A stretch of 64,000 nt of DNA, from IMG/VR virus record IMGVR_UViG_3300026484_000002, positions 27,282 through 91,281 of that record; one strand, given 5' to 3'. The stretch comes from a virus. This document shows positions 30,842 to 40,166 of this stretch, one piece after another. Every line of letters begins with the position of its first letter. Positions within the stretch are counted from its first letter, which is position 1. Made by a program: the position numbers and the translations under genes. Below the pieces are notes generated by a model, which was not told the DNA's origin, ran no database searches, and saw only the letters and a list, made by a program, of their open reading frames with translations.

Positions 30842-30982
30842 TTATTTATCCTCGTATTTAAACTGTAACATACTTAAATATGCAATAATTCCAAGAATAG
30901 CATAATCTGTATGATGCGTCACTGCCATTCCTGCTGCTGTAGCCAATACTGTTATTAACAATGTATTTAATATTTTATTCAT
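30842..30982 (-). CDS. small membrane protein (46 aa, not in ORF track)
   Basis: MNKILNTLLITVLATAAGMAVTHHTDYAILGIIAYLSMLQFKYEDK; AAGGA SD; TAATG coupling. Confidence 0.55.
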   Translation of the reverse strand: MNKILNTLLITVLATAAGMAVTHHTDYAILGIIAYLSMLQFKYEDK

Positions 30983-31188
30983 TAATTTCCTTTAAAAATA
31001 TAATAGTCTATTCTATAGAATATAATGGATCCAATTATTTGTACTAATAATAAATGTATATACTCTGAATACTTAGATCCAATACAACATTTATATTTAA
31101 CTAATAAATACAATGGAGCCATCATTACGAAAGATGATAAAATCCATCTTCCTAAATATATCATAAAATGAATAGATAAATAATCCAT
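30982..31188 (-). CDS. small membrane protein
   Basis: 68 aa with two hydrophobic segments. Confidence 0.55.
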   Translation of the reverse strand: MDYLSIHFMIYLGRWILSSFVMMAPLYLLVKYKCCIGSKYSEYIHLLLVQIIGSIIFYRIDYYIFKGN

Positions 31189-31244
31189 TATATTTCTTCT
31201 TCTAAAATTTTCATTTTTTATTTCTTTTTATTTAATAAAAATAA

Positions 31245-31526
31245 CTATTTTTTAATAGTCATTTTTTTACATTCTAGGCATACTTCTATGCTTAAGCTTA
31301 AAAATTCATCTTGCAATTCATCGTCAATATCAATATTGTCTTCATTTTCTTCATTTCTATATATAAATTTTATTAAATTAACTATATCAAAAACTGCTTT
31401 AATAAAAATATTTCTATGTTCTTTTGGAACTTCTCTTAAAACTTCTTTTGGTACTTTATCTTTTATATCATCTGGTAATTGTGTTTCTAATTTTCTAATT
31501 ATTTTTTTGAATTTTTTGAATTTCAT
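31245..31526 (-). CDS. hypothetical protein
   Basis: 93 aa, AAGGAG SD. Confidence 0.6.
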   Translation of the reverse strand: MKFKKFKKIIRKLETQLPDDIKDKVPKEVLREVPKEHRNIFIKAVFDIVNLIKFIYRNEENEDNIDIDDELQDEFLSLSIEVCLECKKMTIKK

Positions 31527-31535
31527 ATGTTCTCC

Positions 31536-31760
31536 TTAATCTTGTTGTATGTCTGACAAGTCAGGAGCAGCATCAGCATACTGCTGACGAGCTACTTCAT
31601 CACTTGTATGTAGTTTGGCTTCTAATTCTTTTATAGCAGCATCCTTAATGTGTATAGGTGCATCTGATACACGATATCGTTCTATTTTTTTTCTTATTTC
31701 AAATTCAATCATCATATACTTTTTTATTAAATTATAAAAGAAAAGATTTGTAATCAGCAC
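31536..31760 (-). CDS. hypothetical protein (true start probably ~31715)
   Basis: ORF downstream of nrdB. Confidence 0.5.
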   Translation of the reverse strand: MLITNLFFYNLIKKYMMIEFEIRKKIERYRVSDAPIHIKDAAIKELEAKLHTSDEVARQQYADAAPDLSDIQQD

Positions 31761-32835
31761 TAGTTATTTCAGTATCAAGTTTACCTAATAAATAATTTGC
31801 ACTATCTGTTTCTTTCATTGCTACTTGTACATTTGATAAATTTGAATATTTATCTACCCATATACAAGGATTTTTTACACGTTTAACAATATTTGGTAAT
31901 TTAACATTTGTCATTACATTATACATATTGTATTGTACATATTGTTTTAGAATTGAATTGCTTACTCCAAGAAGCTGAATATGCTTATCTTTAGGATAAC
32001 AATAATCAATCCATTCTAAATCAGTTTCATATGCTTGTTGATACATAACTATTGCTTCATTTTCAATTTCTGCAAATGCTGCTATCCATTCTTGTTGCTC
32101 TTTAAGACGTTTAATTATATACACTGTCATTTGATAATGCATAATTTCATCCATAGATATTTTTGTTATTGCTTTTGCTGAGCTTTCCATTATATGATTT
32201 TCTGCAAAGGCAAATGTAGTTACAAATGATGATTTAAAAAATACTGCTTCTAAAATATTTAATGCATATAATGATAATGCTATTGATTTCATATGTTCAT
32301 ATTCATCATAATTTGGATCTTGAAGAACCATTCTACTATTCCACTCAATTGTTTTATCAAACACTTCTGCAATAGCAAGTCCACGTTTAATTATATGTTC
32401 ATTAATAATAATATCATCAAACACTTCTTTTGCATCCACAGGAAGAGCTTTCAATATTTCTGCATATGTAGGTGAATGGATAACTCCTTCATAAAAAGCA
32501 TGTTGAAACCACCATTCTTCAAGTTGAGGATTTGTAGTAATTGGACCAAAAACTTCACTTACAGATCTAGCTGCAATGCTATCTCCTACAGTTTGAAATT
32601 TAAGATTTTTATCAAATAATTCTCTGAGTTGTTCATTCATTATAGAATAATCTTCTCCATCTTTTTTATATGAAAAATCAGTTTTAAACCACATCATACC
32701 TAAAGCTTTATCTGTTCGTTTTTGGATCTCTTGTTCTATAGGAAGATCCAATCTAGCCACATTTCTACCTTTTCCTAAAAATAATGGTTCATTTGTGAAT
32801 TCTATATTATTAGTTGAAAATGTATTATATTTCAC
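31732..32835 (-). CDS. nrdB: ribonucleotide reductase class Ia beta subunit
   Basis: EGVIHSPTY, LEAVFFKSSF, DEIMH di-iron motifs; VQVAMKE..NY C-terminus. Confidence 0.93.
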   Translation of the reverse strand: MKYNTFSTNNIEFTNEPLFLGKGRNVARLDLPIEQEIQKRTDKALGMMWFKTDFSYKKDGEDYSIMNEQLRELFDKNLKFQTVGDSIAARSVSEVFGPITTNPQLEEWWFQHAFYEGVIHSPTYAEILKALPVDAKEVFDDIIINEHIIKRGLAIAEVFDKTIEWNSRMVLQDPNYDEYEHMKSIALSLYALNILEAVFFKSSFVTTFAFAENHIMESSAKAITKISMDEIMHYQMTVYIIKRLKEQQEWIAAFAEIENEAIVMYQQAYETDLEWIDYCYPKDKHIQLLGVSNSILKQYVQYNMYNVMTNVKLPNIVKRVKNPCIWVDKYSNLSNVQVAMKETDSANYLLGKLDTEITSADYKSFLL

Positions 32836-35065
32836 ATCCGCCTCCTGTACATTGTAGTTTTGGTTCTTCTACTCCAGGAACTCTAGTATTTGTATAATAT
32901 AATGATTTTACTCCATAATATTTTGCAAAATACATATCTTCAATTAATAATTTAAGAGGCACTTTTGAATCTTTAAACAGTTCAGGATTATAAAATCTAT
33001 TTACACTGATTGATTTATCTATCCATTTTTGAGTTACTGCTACATGTGTTAAATATCTTTTAGTCATATCTTTTGTTTCATATGCTAATTCATATTGATG
33101 GGCAAGTTTATGTACTTCTGGAGCAAATTGTTTCATTACAGATGTTTTATTTTCTTTAAATGTAATAAAATCTTTAATTGGTTCTAACCCGTTTGTTTGA
33201 TTTGATGGACCAGCTGAAGATTCTGCTGGAGGAACCATAGATAATGCTACATTCGCCATTCCAATTTTCATTACTCGTTTTCTTAATTTATCCCAATTCA
33301 ATCTAGTTTTAAATGGTATTAATTTATCTACATTTTTATTGTAACGATCTATTGGCATTGTACCGTTTGCATAAGTTGAATACATAAAAAATCTAGGAGC
33401 TGGTGAAGTTTCCTCTGCAATATCTGTAGATGACTTTATTAAATAATATTGAAAATGTTCCATCCATTCATCATGTAATTCAAGAGCTTCTTTGGATCCA
33501 TATTTCAATCCTTGCTTTGCTAACCAATATGCATGATTAGAAAATCCAAGACCAACGCTTCGATATTCTTCAACATAAGCTTGTGCTTGTGGAGTTGGAT
33601 GTTTTTGACGTATCATAATATGTGTTTGTGCACGTAATAATACATCAATTGTTTCTTGTAGTTCATTAATAGATACTTTACCTTGATTTACGTTACCAAG
33701 TACACAGATTGCAATATCTGGTTCATGTAGTCTATCAGCTGATAAATCTTTTGTTGGAGATACTTCTTCCATACATATATTAGATTGGTATATTGTTTCT
33801 GTATATGGTGAATTAGAATTTACTTCATCTATATTTAAAATGTAGTATGCACTATTTTCAAATGTTTCTACATTTAATAGTTCAATAAGTTTTTTTGCAG
33901 AAATACGTTCATTATTTGGAAATTTATTTTCACATTCTTGATACAATTTACTAAATTCTTCTTTTGTTCCAGAATGAAATACTTCATATAATTCTGCTGA
34001 ATCTCTTGTAGAGAATAATGTTATAACATCATCAGCTACTGCTCGTTCATATACTAATTCACGTAATTTAATTCCATAAGATAAATCATTAATTCTTTTT
34101 TCAATTGATGTTCTTGGTGACTTTAATGCCATTATAGTTATTATTTCTGGATCAAAAAAATTAATAAAAGGAGTTGCAGAACCCCTTCTCCCATTTTGAA
34201 CTGCTTTTTGAATATCTGCATCAATAGATTTTAATATAGGAACTTTTCCACCATGAGTTATAGATCCATTTTTTACTGAATCTCCAATAGAGGCAATTGC
34301 CGATACATCTATACCAATACCAGCTGAAGCTGCTGTGTGAAGTACTAATGCTTTTGATGATTCTACCCAAGAATCAAGTGAATCTCCAGTCTTCATTAAC
34401 ACACATGAAGCATAATCATTGGATTTTGTACGTAATGCATCCATTTCTGGAGAAGGTAATGTAATTTGGAATGTAGATAATTTATTATACATTAATTTAA
34501 TATAATGCATACGATTTTTGTGATAATCACGAAAAATATCCATTGCAATTAACATAAACATATGTTGTGGCAATTCAATTAATTTTGTATTAAAATGTTT
34601 CATATATCTTAATTGTAAAAATTCAATACCTGCTGAGGTAAAATTAAAATCACGTTCATATTTTATTTCATTATTTAATTCATAAATTTCATTATCATCA
34701 AAAGCTTCATATAATTCTTCTGAATATATTTTTGCATTTTTTCCACGAATTAATATTTCCAATAAATGTTTTGGTTCTTTTGATTTTCCAACTTGTTTGT
34801 AGATTCTATGTATCATTAAATTCTTAGCAATTATATCATATCCGATATCTTTTATTGTTGCCATATCTTTTGCAGTTTTAATAATTACATCATCGATATA
34901 TGATGTTTTTATTTTGTCATAAAAATGCAATTTTGCTGTTAATTCGATTGAACTAATTAAATGATTATATTTTCCTTCGGATGCTGATTCTAAATGTGAA
35001 TGAATCTTTGATATGTTCAACGGTTCAAGAGAGCCATCAGCTTTTGTAACCATTATATTGTTCAC
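32825..35065 (-). CDS. nrdA: ribonucleotide reductase class Ia alpha subunit with ATP cone
   Basis: VTKADG ATP cone, ASCVL, QSNICME, KSLYY, C-terminal CTGGGC. Confidence 0.95.
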   Translation of the reverse strand: MNNIMVTKADGSLEPLNISKIHSHLESASEGKYNHLISSIELTAKLHFYDKIKTSYIDDVIIKTAKDMATIKDIGYDIIAKNLMIHRIYKQVGKSKEPKHLLEILIRGKNAKIYSEELYEAFDDNEIYELNNEIKYERDFNFTSAGIEFLQLRYMKHFNTKLIELPQHMFMLIAMDIFRDYHKNRMHYIKLMYNKLSTFQITLPSPEMDALRTKSNDYASCVLMKTGDSLDSWVESSKALVLHTAASAGIGIDVSAIASIGDSVKNGSITHGGKVPILKSIDADIQKAVQNGRRGSATPFINFFDPEIITIMALKSPRTSIEKRINDLSYGIKLRELVYERAVADDVITLFSTRDSAELYEVFHSGTKEEFSKLYQECENKFPNNERISAKKLIELLNVETFENSAYYILNIDEVNSNSPYTETIYQSNICMEEVSPTKDLSADRLHEPDIAICVLGNVNQGKVSINELQETIDVLLRAQTHIMIRQKHPTPQAQAYVEEYRSVGLGFSNHAYWLAKQGLKYGSKEALELHDEWMEHFQYYLIKSSTDIAEETSPAPRFFMYSTYANGTMPIDRYNKNVDKLIPFKTRLNWDKLRKRVMKIGMANVALSMVPPAESSAGPSNQTNGLEPIKDFITFKENKTSVMKQFAPEVHKLAHQYELAYETKDMTKRYLTHVAVTQKWIDKSISVNRFYNPELFKDSKVPLKLLIEDMYFAKYYGVKSLYYTNTRVPGVEEPKLQCTGGGCEI

Positions 35066-35241
35066 TAATTAGCCTTATCTGCAGCTACTAATGCAGCTCT
35101 TAGTTGCACTCCATCTTTACCAATTTGGTTACTTAATTTACGAATACGCAAACTACATGCTTTTGTAGGTTTATTTTCATATGCTTCAATTTCTTTAATT
35201 AAATTATCAACTAATTCTTTATAATCTCTTAATTCATTCAT
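35065..35241 (-). CDS. Hc1/histone H1-like small basic protein (58 aa)
   Basis: KPTKACSLRIRK..LR pattern resembles Hc1-like NKAAG.RARK; ATG at 35241 has AAGGA SD. Confidence 0.5.
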   Translation of the reverse strand: MNELRDYKELVDNLIKEIEAYENKPTKACSLRIRKLSNQIGKDGVQLRAALVAADKAN

Positions 35242-35452
35242 TTTATTTTCCTTTGATTTATTTAAAATTAGAGCGTATCTAAGAATTGCTATAACTCTTA
35301 GTAGAGGCTTATTGTTTAACAACATCTAAGGCTATTAACCATACTGAATGTTGAGCTTTAGGCTGCAGCCTTATATATATTTCGAGGGTTAAAAGTATAA
35401 CTACAAAGTACTTAAAATACTCTTTTTTGTATTTTTAGCAATTATGAAACTT

Positions 35453-35604
35453 TCATAAGGCATAGGTCGCTGCACCAGAAAAGGATATAAACGATATGAA
35501 AAAAAAATGTTTATTTGTTATCTTGTGAATAAATAGTTTTAAATATTAATAGGAGGTTAATATGTATGGATAAGTATTCTGATGCAGCTAAATATGCCTT
35601 ATGA
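35453..35604. repeat. 28-bp imperfect inverted repeat around 96-nt spacer (candidate ncRNA)
   Basis: Arms 35453-35480 and 35577-35604 match 24/28. Confidence 0.75.
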
Positions 35605-35635
35605 GAACCAACATCTAAAATTAAGACATTAGTAA

Positions 35636-37182
35636 TTAAGACATTAGTTCAGTTTCTTGTAGTGTTTGTAGAAATTTATTTTCAATATATGTAGCATTAA
35701 TTACATTGTGCCTTGCACGAGTAACTGCAACATAATATAAGTATAATTCAGCCATTTCTTCTTCATCTGGCTCATAATTCTTGAATTTTTGTAATTTAAA
35801 AATTGTATCTTCTATAGCTTCATTCATTGAGTCTGATAGCTCAACTTCATCTACTGTTGTACCTTTGCTTGTGTGAGCAGTATAGAGTGTATAACTAGCG
35901 TTATTGTGACGCTCATGAGTTATTTCATTATACACAGAAAGTATTGTTTCTGGTCCATAATTCATTATGAGTCGTATTGCAGATATAATTTCAATATCAT
36001 CATCAATTTCATTTAATAAATATTTTAACCTAGATCCACCAAACTCATTTTGTAAATCTTTAGAATTATAAAATACATCTACTTTTTCTTGTAAATCTTT
36101 AAATCTATTTGATGTTTCTTTATTAAATCTTTTACATCTTAATACTGCTAATGGAACTTCAAACATTTGTTTTACTTTTTGTTTTGTTGCTAATTTAAAA
36201 GGAACTTTTTGTTTTTTTAATTGAATTATTTTATCAATTAAATCTGCATTGGTTCTAGATAAAAAAGCTCTAGTTTTAATTTCTGATTTTTCATATTCAA
36301 ATCCTTCAAATACAAAATTGTCATCAAGTGTAAATCTTCCAAATTGTTGAACTCTTTTTGCAATATTTATATTACATCTAAAAGATTGAGATAATGTTAA
36401 TTGTTTAGCTTTTGGATAATAATCAAATGCATTTACACATCCCATAAAACTCATAATTCTTTGTTTTGGATCACCAATCAATATCTTTAATTTTGCTGGA
36501 TAATGTTTGAATAGATCCAACATTATTTTATTTAAATCATTTGCTTCATCAATTACTAATACATCTACTGGATCCAATTTAATCAATCCATTAACTATTT
36601 TTGAATGAAATAATTTTAGATAAGCATCATGAGTACAACCCATAGATCCATCAAACATAGCTGCTATAATTTTCTTTGCTAGTGCAATAATACTTTCTTT
36701 TGAATTGTAATGAAGTTCTTTTAGGAATTCACTAAATTTTAATGATTCAGATTTGTAAAAATCTCCTGCTAACATAATTGCATCAAATGCATCTGATTGT
36801 TTAAATTTTATACTTTTAGGTATGTCTGCTTTTGTTGCAAAAGGTTTTGATAATAACCACATATTTGAATTTTTAAGTGTATGATTATATGCTAATTGAT
36901 GTATATTTGATACTATAGCATTAGTTCCAAAATTAGCTCTAGCTTCTTCCATTGCTAATCTTCCATATACTAAATATCTAAAAGTTCCATTTGGATTTTG
37001 ATTCTTAAAAGCTTCAGCAGCCTTTATCATTGTATACGATTTGGCTGCACCTATCCTGCTACTGCTTGAATAGATAAAACATTATCCTTCAAGCAAGTAG
37101 CAGTTTCTCCTTTGTCCAGATATTCTTTGCTACATATCATATCTATTATTTTTTTTTGTTCTTCACTTAGAACAACATTCAT
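35636..37182 (-). CDS. UvrD-like SF1 helicase, interrupted by 5 extra nt in Walker A (recoded or pseudogene)
   Basis: 5' ORF 37182-37051 ends QAVAG*; 3' frame continues GAAKSYTMIK; IDEAND, IGDPKQRI, LSQSFRC, TAHTSKG, YVAVTRAR motifs. Confidence 0.8.
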
Positions 37183-37183
37183 A

Positions 37184-37588
37184 CTATTCCTTATATTCTT
37201 TTATTGTTATTTCTATTCTTGGATTTTCTTTATCTTGAGATCCAACTATAGCAGTTTCTTTTTTACAAAATTTTACATTGTCATTTTCTATAATATTTAA
37301 TTCTTGCAATGTATCATTTAAAAATTTTGATTGCATTGATACAACATTCATTAAGTCAGATACTGCTGATTTATAATAGTAAGTATATTCAACTTCATAT
37401 TTTTTAAATTTAATTGTATTATTTTTTAATTGTTCTCTTACTAAGTCACTAAAATATATTTTCATATTGTTTTGAGTGTAAAAGTACGCATTGCGAAAAA
37501 AATTTACACTTGCTAATACTGTTTTATTTTTTTTTGTTTTAAATTCCTGCGTATAATAAACAGGAAGAGAGAGTTTAATCTCTTCCAC
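37184..37588 (-). CDS. RusA-like Holliday junction resolvase
   Basis: DLMN..KFLNDTL..IIENDN motif and PRIEITI end. Confidence 0.7.
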   Translation of the reverse strand: MEEIKLSLPVYYTQEFKTKKNKTVLASVNFFRNAYFYTQNNMKIYFSDLVREQLKNNTIKFKKYEVEYTYYYKSAVSDLMNVVSMQSKFLNDTLQELNIIENDNVKFCKKETAIVGSQDKENPRIEITIKEYKE

Positions 37589-37592
37589 AACA

Positions 37593-39196
37593 TTAGTCTA
37601 GTAGACTAATTGCTGCTTTTGTATCTTCAGCTTTTGGTGTTGTTGTTTTGTTTCCACCTTTTGACTTCTTTGTGAGTACAGGTGCTTTTTCTATCTTAGC
37701 TAACCATTTCTCTACTGGTTCCGTAGATCCACCAATTTGTTTTTCTACATCAGCAAACCCTTCTACTTGGTTACTTGATGGATATTTTTCATTGTTTGGA
37801 TCTTCTACTTCACGAACTAATGCATAACATGTACGCCCTTCAGCATTTTTAATTACTTGACCATTTACTTTTTTACCATAAGCATCAATTTCTTTTTCTT
37901 CAATTTGTGCTTGTGCAGGTTCTAATGCAATTGCAGATAACAATGCCTTAAAGATAGATGCTCCACCTTTATTTTCTGTAACTTCTTTAGATTCTTTATT
38001 AATATAAGAAGTATTAATATATTCAGTAAGTGTTTTTTCTGTTTCTGGATCAAACATTTCAATTTTTACCATTCTAGCTTTTCTTTCTGTTTCAAATACT
38101 GCTAGTTCTTTAATTTCAACTTTATACGCCTTGATATTCAACAGAGTTCGTTACTTCTCTGTTCGTTCTCTTATGAACTGCTTATCTTCTCAGATAAGAA
38201 TAGACTATATCTTCATCTTTTTTTTATAATTTAATAATGATTGTGTTCTTTTAGAAGAACATTTTCTACACATTTTGTGATTTCCTGCTATTATTGAGCT
38301 TAACTCTCTGGTATATATATTATTGCACTTTAAACACAAAACATCTCCATAAATATATTTATTATCTTTTCTTCTCCAATTTAATATTTTAAAACTATTA
38401 AATATTTGATTAATATAATTATTATATTTTTTTCGTGTTTGTATTCTTTTTATAAAAGCTATTTTTTGTCCTGCTTTTGATTGTGTCTTATATAATCGTC
38501 CTTGCTTTTGAGCATGAATCATATTTTCAGAATGAGTAACCCATTCAAGATTATTCACATTATTGTTTTCACCATTATTATCTATATGATTAATACAACA
38601 TTTATTTTCAGGATTAGGTATAAAAGCTTTTCCGACTAATCTGTGTATTAGTAAAATTTTTCCATTTATATTTACTGTTAAATATGTTGTGTGTTTTCTT
38701 TTACATTTTATTCCAATTAATTCTTTAGCTTTAATTGGGGTTCTTTTTTCAGATTGTCTTCCATGTCTTCTTAATGAAAAAACTTTTCCATTTTCAAATA
38801 CTACATAGTTTCTTTTATTTCCTATTCTTTTCCATTTCATGTTATATAATCCTATTATAAAAAATTAAGATGTCTCCCATTTCCATTCACTTGAATGTAC
38901 GTGCCTTTGCACTAGTCGTTGAACTTTGCTCTTATGTTTCCACTTAGAGCCTTAGCTGCTGATTGTCTCTATCTTTAATTTTTCCAACATTCATATCGTG
39001 ATTTCTCCGATATTGTAGTATTAAAGCTTAGCGAGATGTTCCAGCAATTAGAGAGATTATAGTATACCATATTTCTATGGTAAACGGCAATCTTTTAAAG
39101 TTTACCAGATTCCCAAAGAAATCCTCCTGTGCTTGGCTCGACTCTTACTTCTTTAAATGTTTCTTCTGTTATTCCTGTTATGTTTAATAAATCCAT
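37593..39196 (-). CDS. single-stranded DNA-binding protein (N4 gp45-like), two exons 39196-39104 and 38129-37593, 209 aa spliced
   Basis: Joined sequence ...GGFLWESG|AYKVEIKE resembles phage SSB ESG.Y motif; follows AAA ATPase as in N4; AAGGA SD at exon 1. Confidence 0.75.
38130..39103 (-). mobile_element. group I self-splicing intron
   Basis: Core elements on - strand: AATTGCTGG (P), AATCAGCAG (Q), TCAACGACTA (R), AAGATATAGTC (S); exon 1 ends in U, intron ends in G; removal restores the frame. Confidence 0.9.
38205..38840 (-). CDS. intron-encoded HNH homing endonuclease
   Basis: HRLVGKAFIPNP..INHIDNN..NNLEWVTHSENM (HNH_3 type) plus C-terminal CxxC..CxxC; stop codon overlaps intron S element. 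Confidence 0.9.
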   Translation of the reverse strand: MKWKRIGNKRNYVVFENGKVFSLRRHGRQSEKRTPIKAKELIGIKCKRKHTTYLTVNINGKILLIHRLVGKAFIPNPENKCCINHIDNNGENNNVNNLEWVTHSENMIHAQKQGRLYKTQSKAGQKIAFIKRIQTRKKYNNYINQIFNSFKILNWRRKDNKYIYGDVLCLKCNNIYTRELSSIIAGNHKMCRKCSSKRTQSLLNYKKKMKI

Positions 39197-39264
39197 GTTT
39201 ATTTATCCTTTTTGTTTTATTTTAATTTTAGTTTATACACTTTTTCGGTGATATTGTTGAGGTC

Positions 39265-39987
39265 TTATAGACCCAATTCTTTTGCTAGTTTTTTATCTTT
39301 TTCAAATAGAACTTTTTCATTATCCCAATCAATTTTTTCTCCATCTAATCTTCTGAGAACTAAATCCAAGTCATTGTTCATAATCTTCTCAGGAAATAAT
39401 CCAAGTGGAGATTTTGCTGATGATTTTCTATTTTCAAGTGTTTTTCTTGTTTGTAAACCATATCCAATAACTGATCCAAACATATTTGGTTTTGCTAAAT
39501 CATATGTATATAATTCGAGAACTGTTGCAAAATAAGATTCAATAGATAGGTTTTTCATAGAACCTTTAACCATTGCTTGTAAATTGCCACTATCTCCTTT
39601 TTGAGTATGCGATAAGAATATCCATGTCTTCTTGCTTTTTCTATGTGAGAAATCAAGTAATTCTTTTATTCTATCTCCATAATTTCTCCATCCATCATAA
39701 CCTTCATCTTTTCCTGCAAGTTCAAGTTCTAATGCAGATACATAAAATGACATTGTATCAATTACTATTGTTTCTGCTTCGCTATCTTCAAATGCTTGTA
39801 ATGAGGCATTTACTTGTAGTGCTGATTCAGGTGTTATGAATTTAAAAAATTTGTCTTCTTTACCAAATGGAGTTTCAGTTTTACCATCCATATTAAGTAA
39901 AATAGTTTTTGATAAATCAATATTTCTAATACTCATAGTTTTTCCGGATCCACTTTCTCCATTAACCAATATAACTCTTTTATTCAT
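39265..39987 (-). CDS. AAA ATPase (N4 gp44/Sak4-like)
   Basis: GESGSGKT Walker A, IVIDT Walker B, SAKSPLGLF. Confidence 0.85.
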   Translation of the reverse strand: MNKRVILVNGESGSGKTMSIRNIDLSKTILLNMDGKTETPFGKEDKFFKFITPESALQVNASLQAFEDSEAETIVIDTMSFYVSALELELAGKDEGYDGWRNYGDRIKELLDFSHRKSKKTWIFLSHTQKGDSGNLQAMVKGSMKNLSIESYFATVLELYTYDLAKPNMFGSVIGYGLQTRKTLENRKSSAKSPLGLFPEKIMNNDLDLVLRRLDGEKIDWDNEKVLFEKDKKLAKELGL

Positions 39988-40155
39988 TCATTTTCCTTTT
40001 TGTTTTTTTTTAGCTTTATCTATAGCATTATATGCATCTGTTGCTGTTTTGAATATCTCTCCATGGTCTTTTATAATAAAGCCACTTATAACTCCATTTT
40101 TTAGTACATAATAAACATCAAAACCATTATGCATTCTATAAAACTTTTCTTCCAT
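39988..40155 (-). CDS. hypothetical protein (55 aa)
   Basis: AAGGAGG SD; fills gap between primase and ATPase. Confidence 0.55.
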   Translation of the reverse strand: MEEKFYRMHNGFDVYYVLKNGVISGFIIKDHGEIFKTATDAYNAIDKAKKKQKGK

Positions 40156-40166
40156 TTATCCTCCTT

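Noticed and set aside
30842-31188. Two small membrane proteins as holins
   Set aside because: Located in the nucleotide-metabolism operon away from the lysis gene; hydrophobicity alone is insufficient
35242-35400. Second tRNA or N-terminal extension of the 86-aa ORF
   Set aside because: No cloverleaf or T-loop; the ATG at 35241 has the SD
37593-38141. 182-aa ORF with TTG start as a complete gene
   Set aside because: Its first four codons lie inside the intron; it is exon 2 of the SSB
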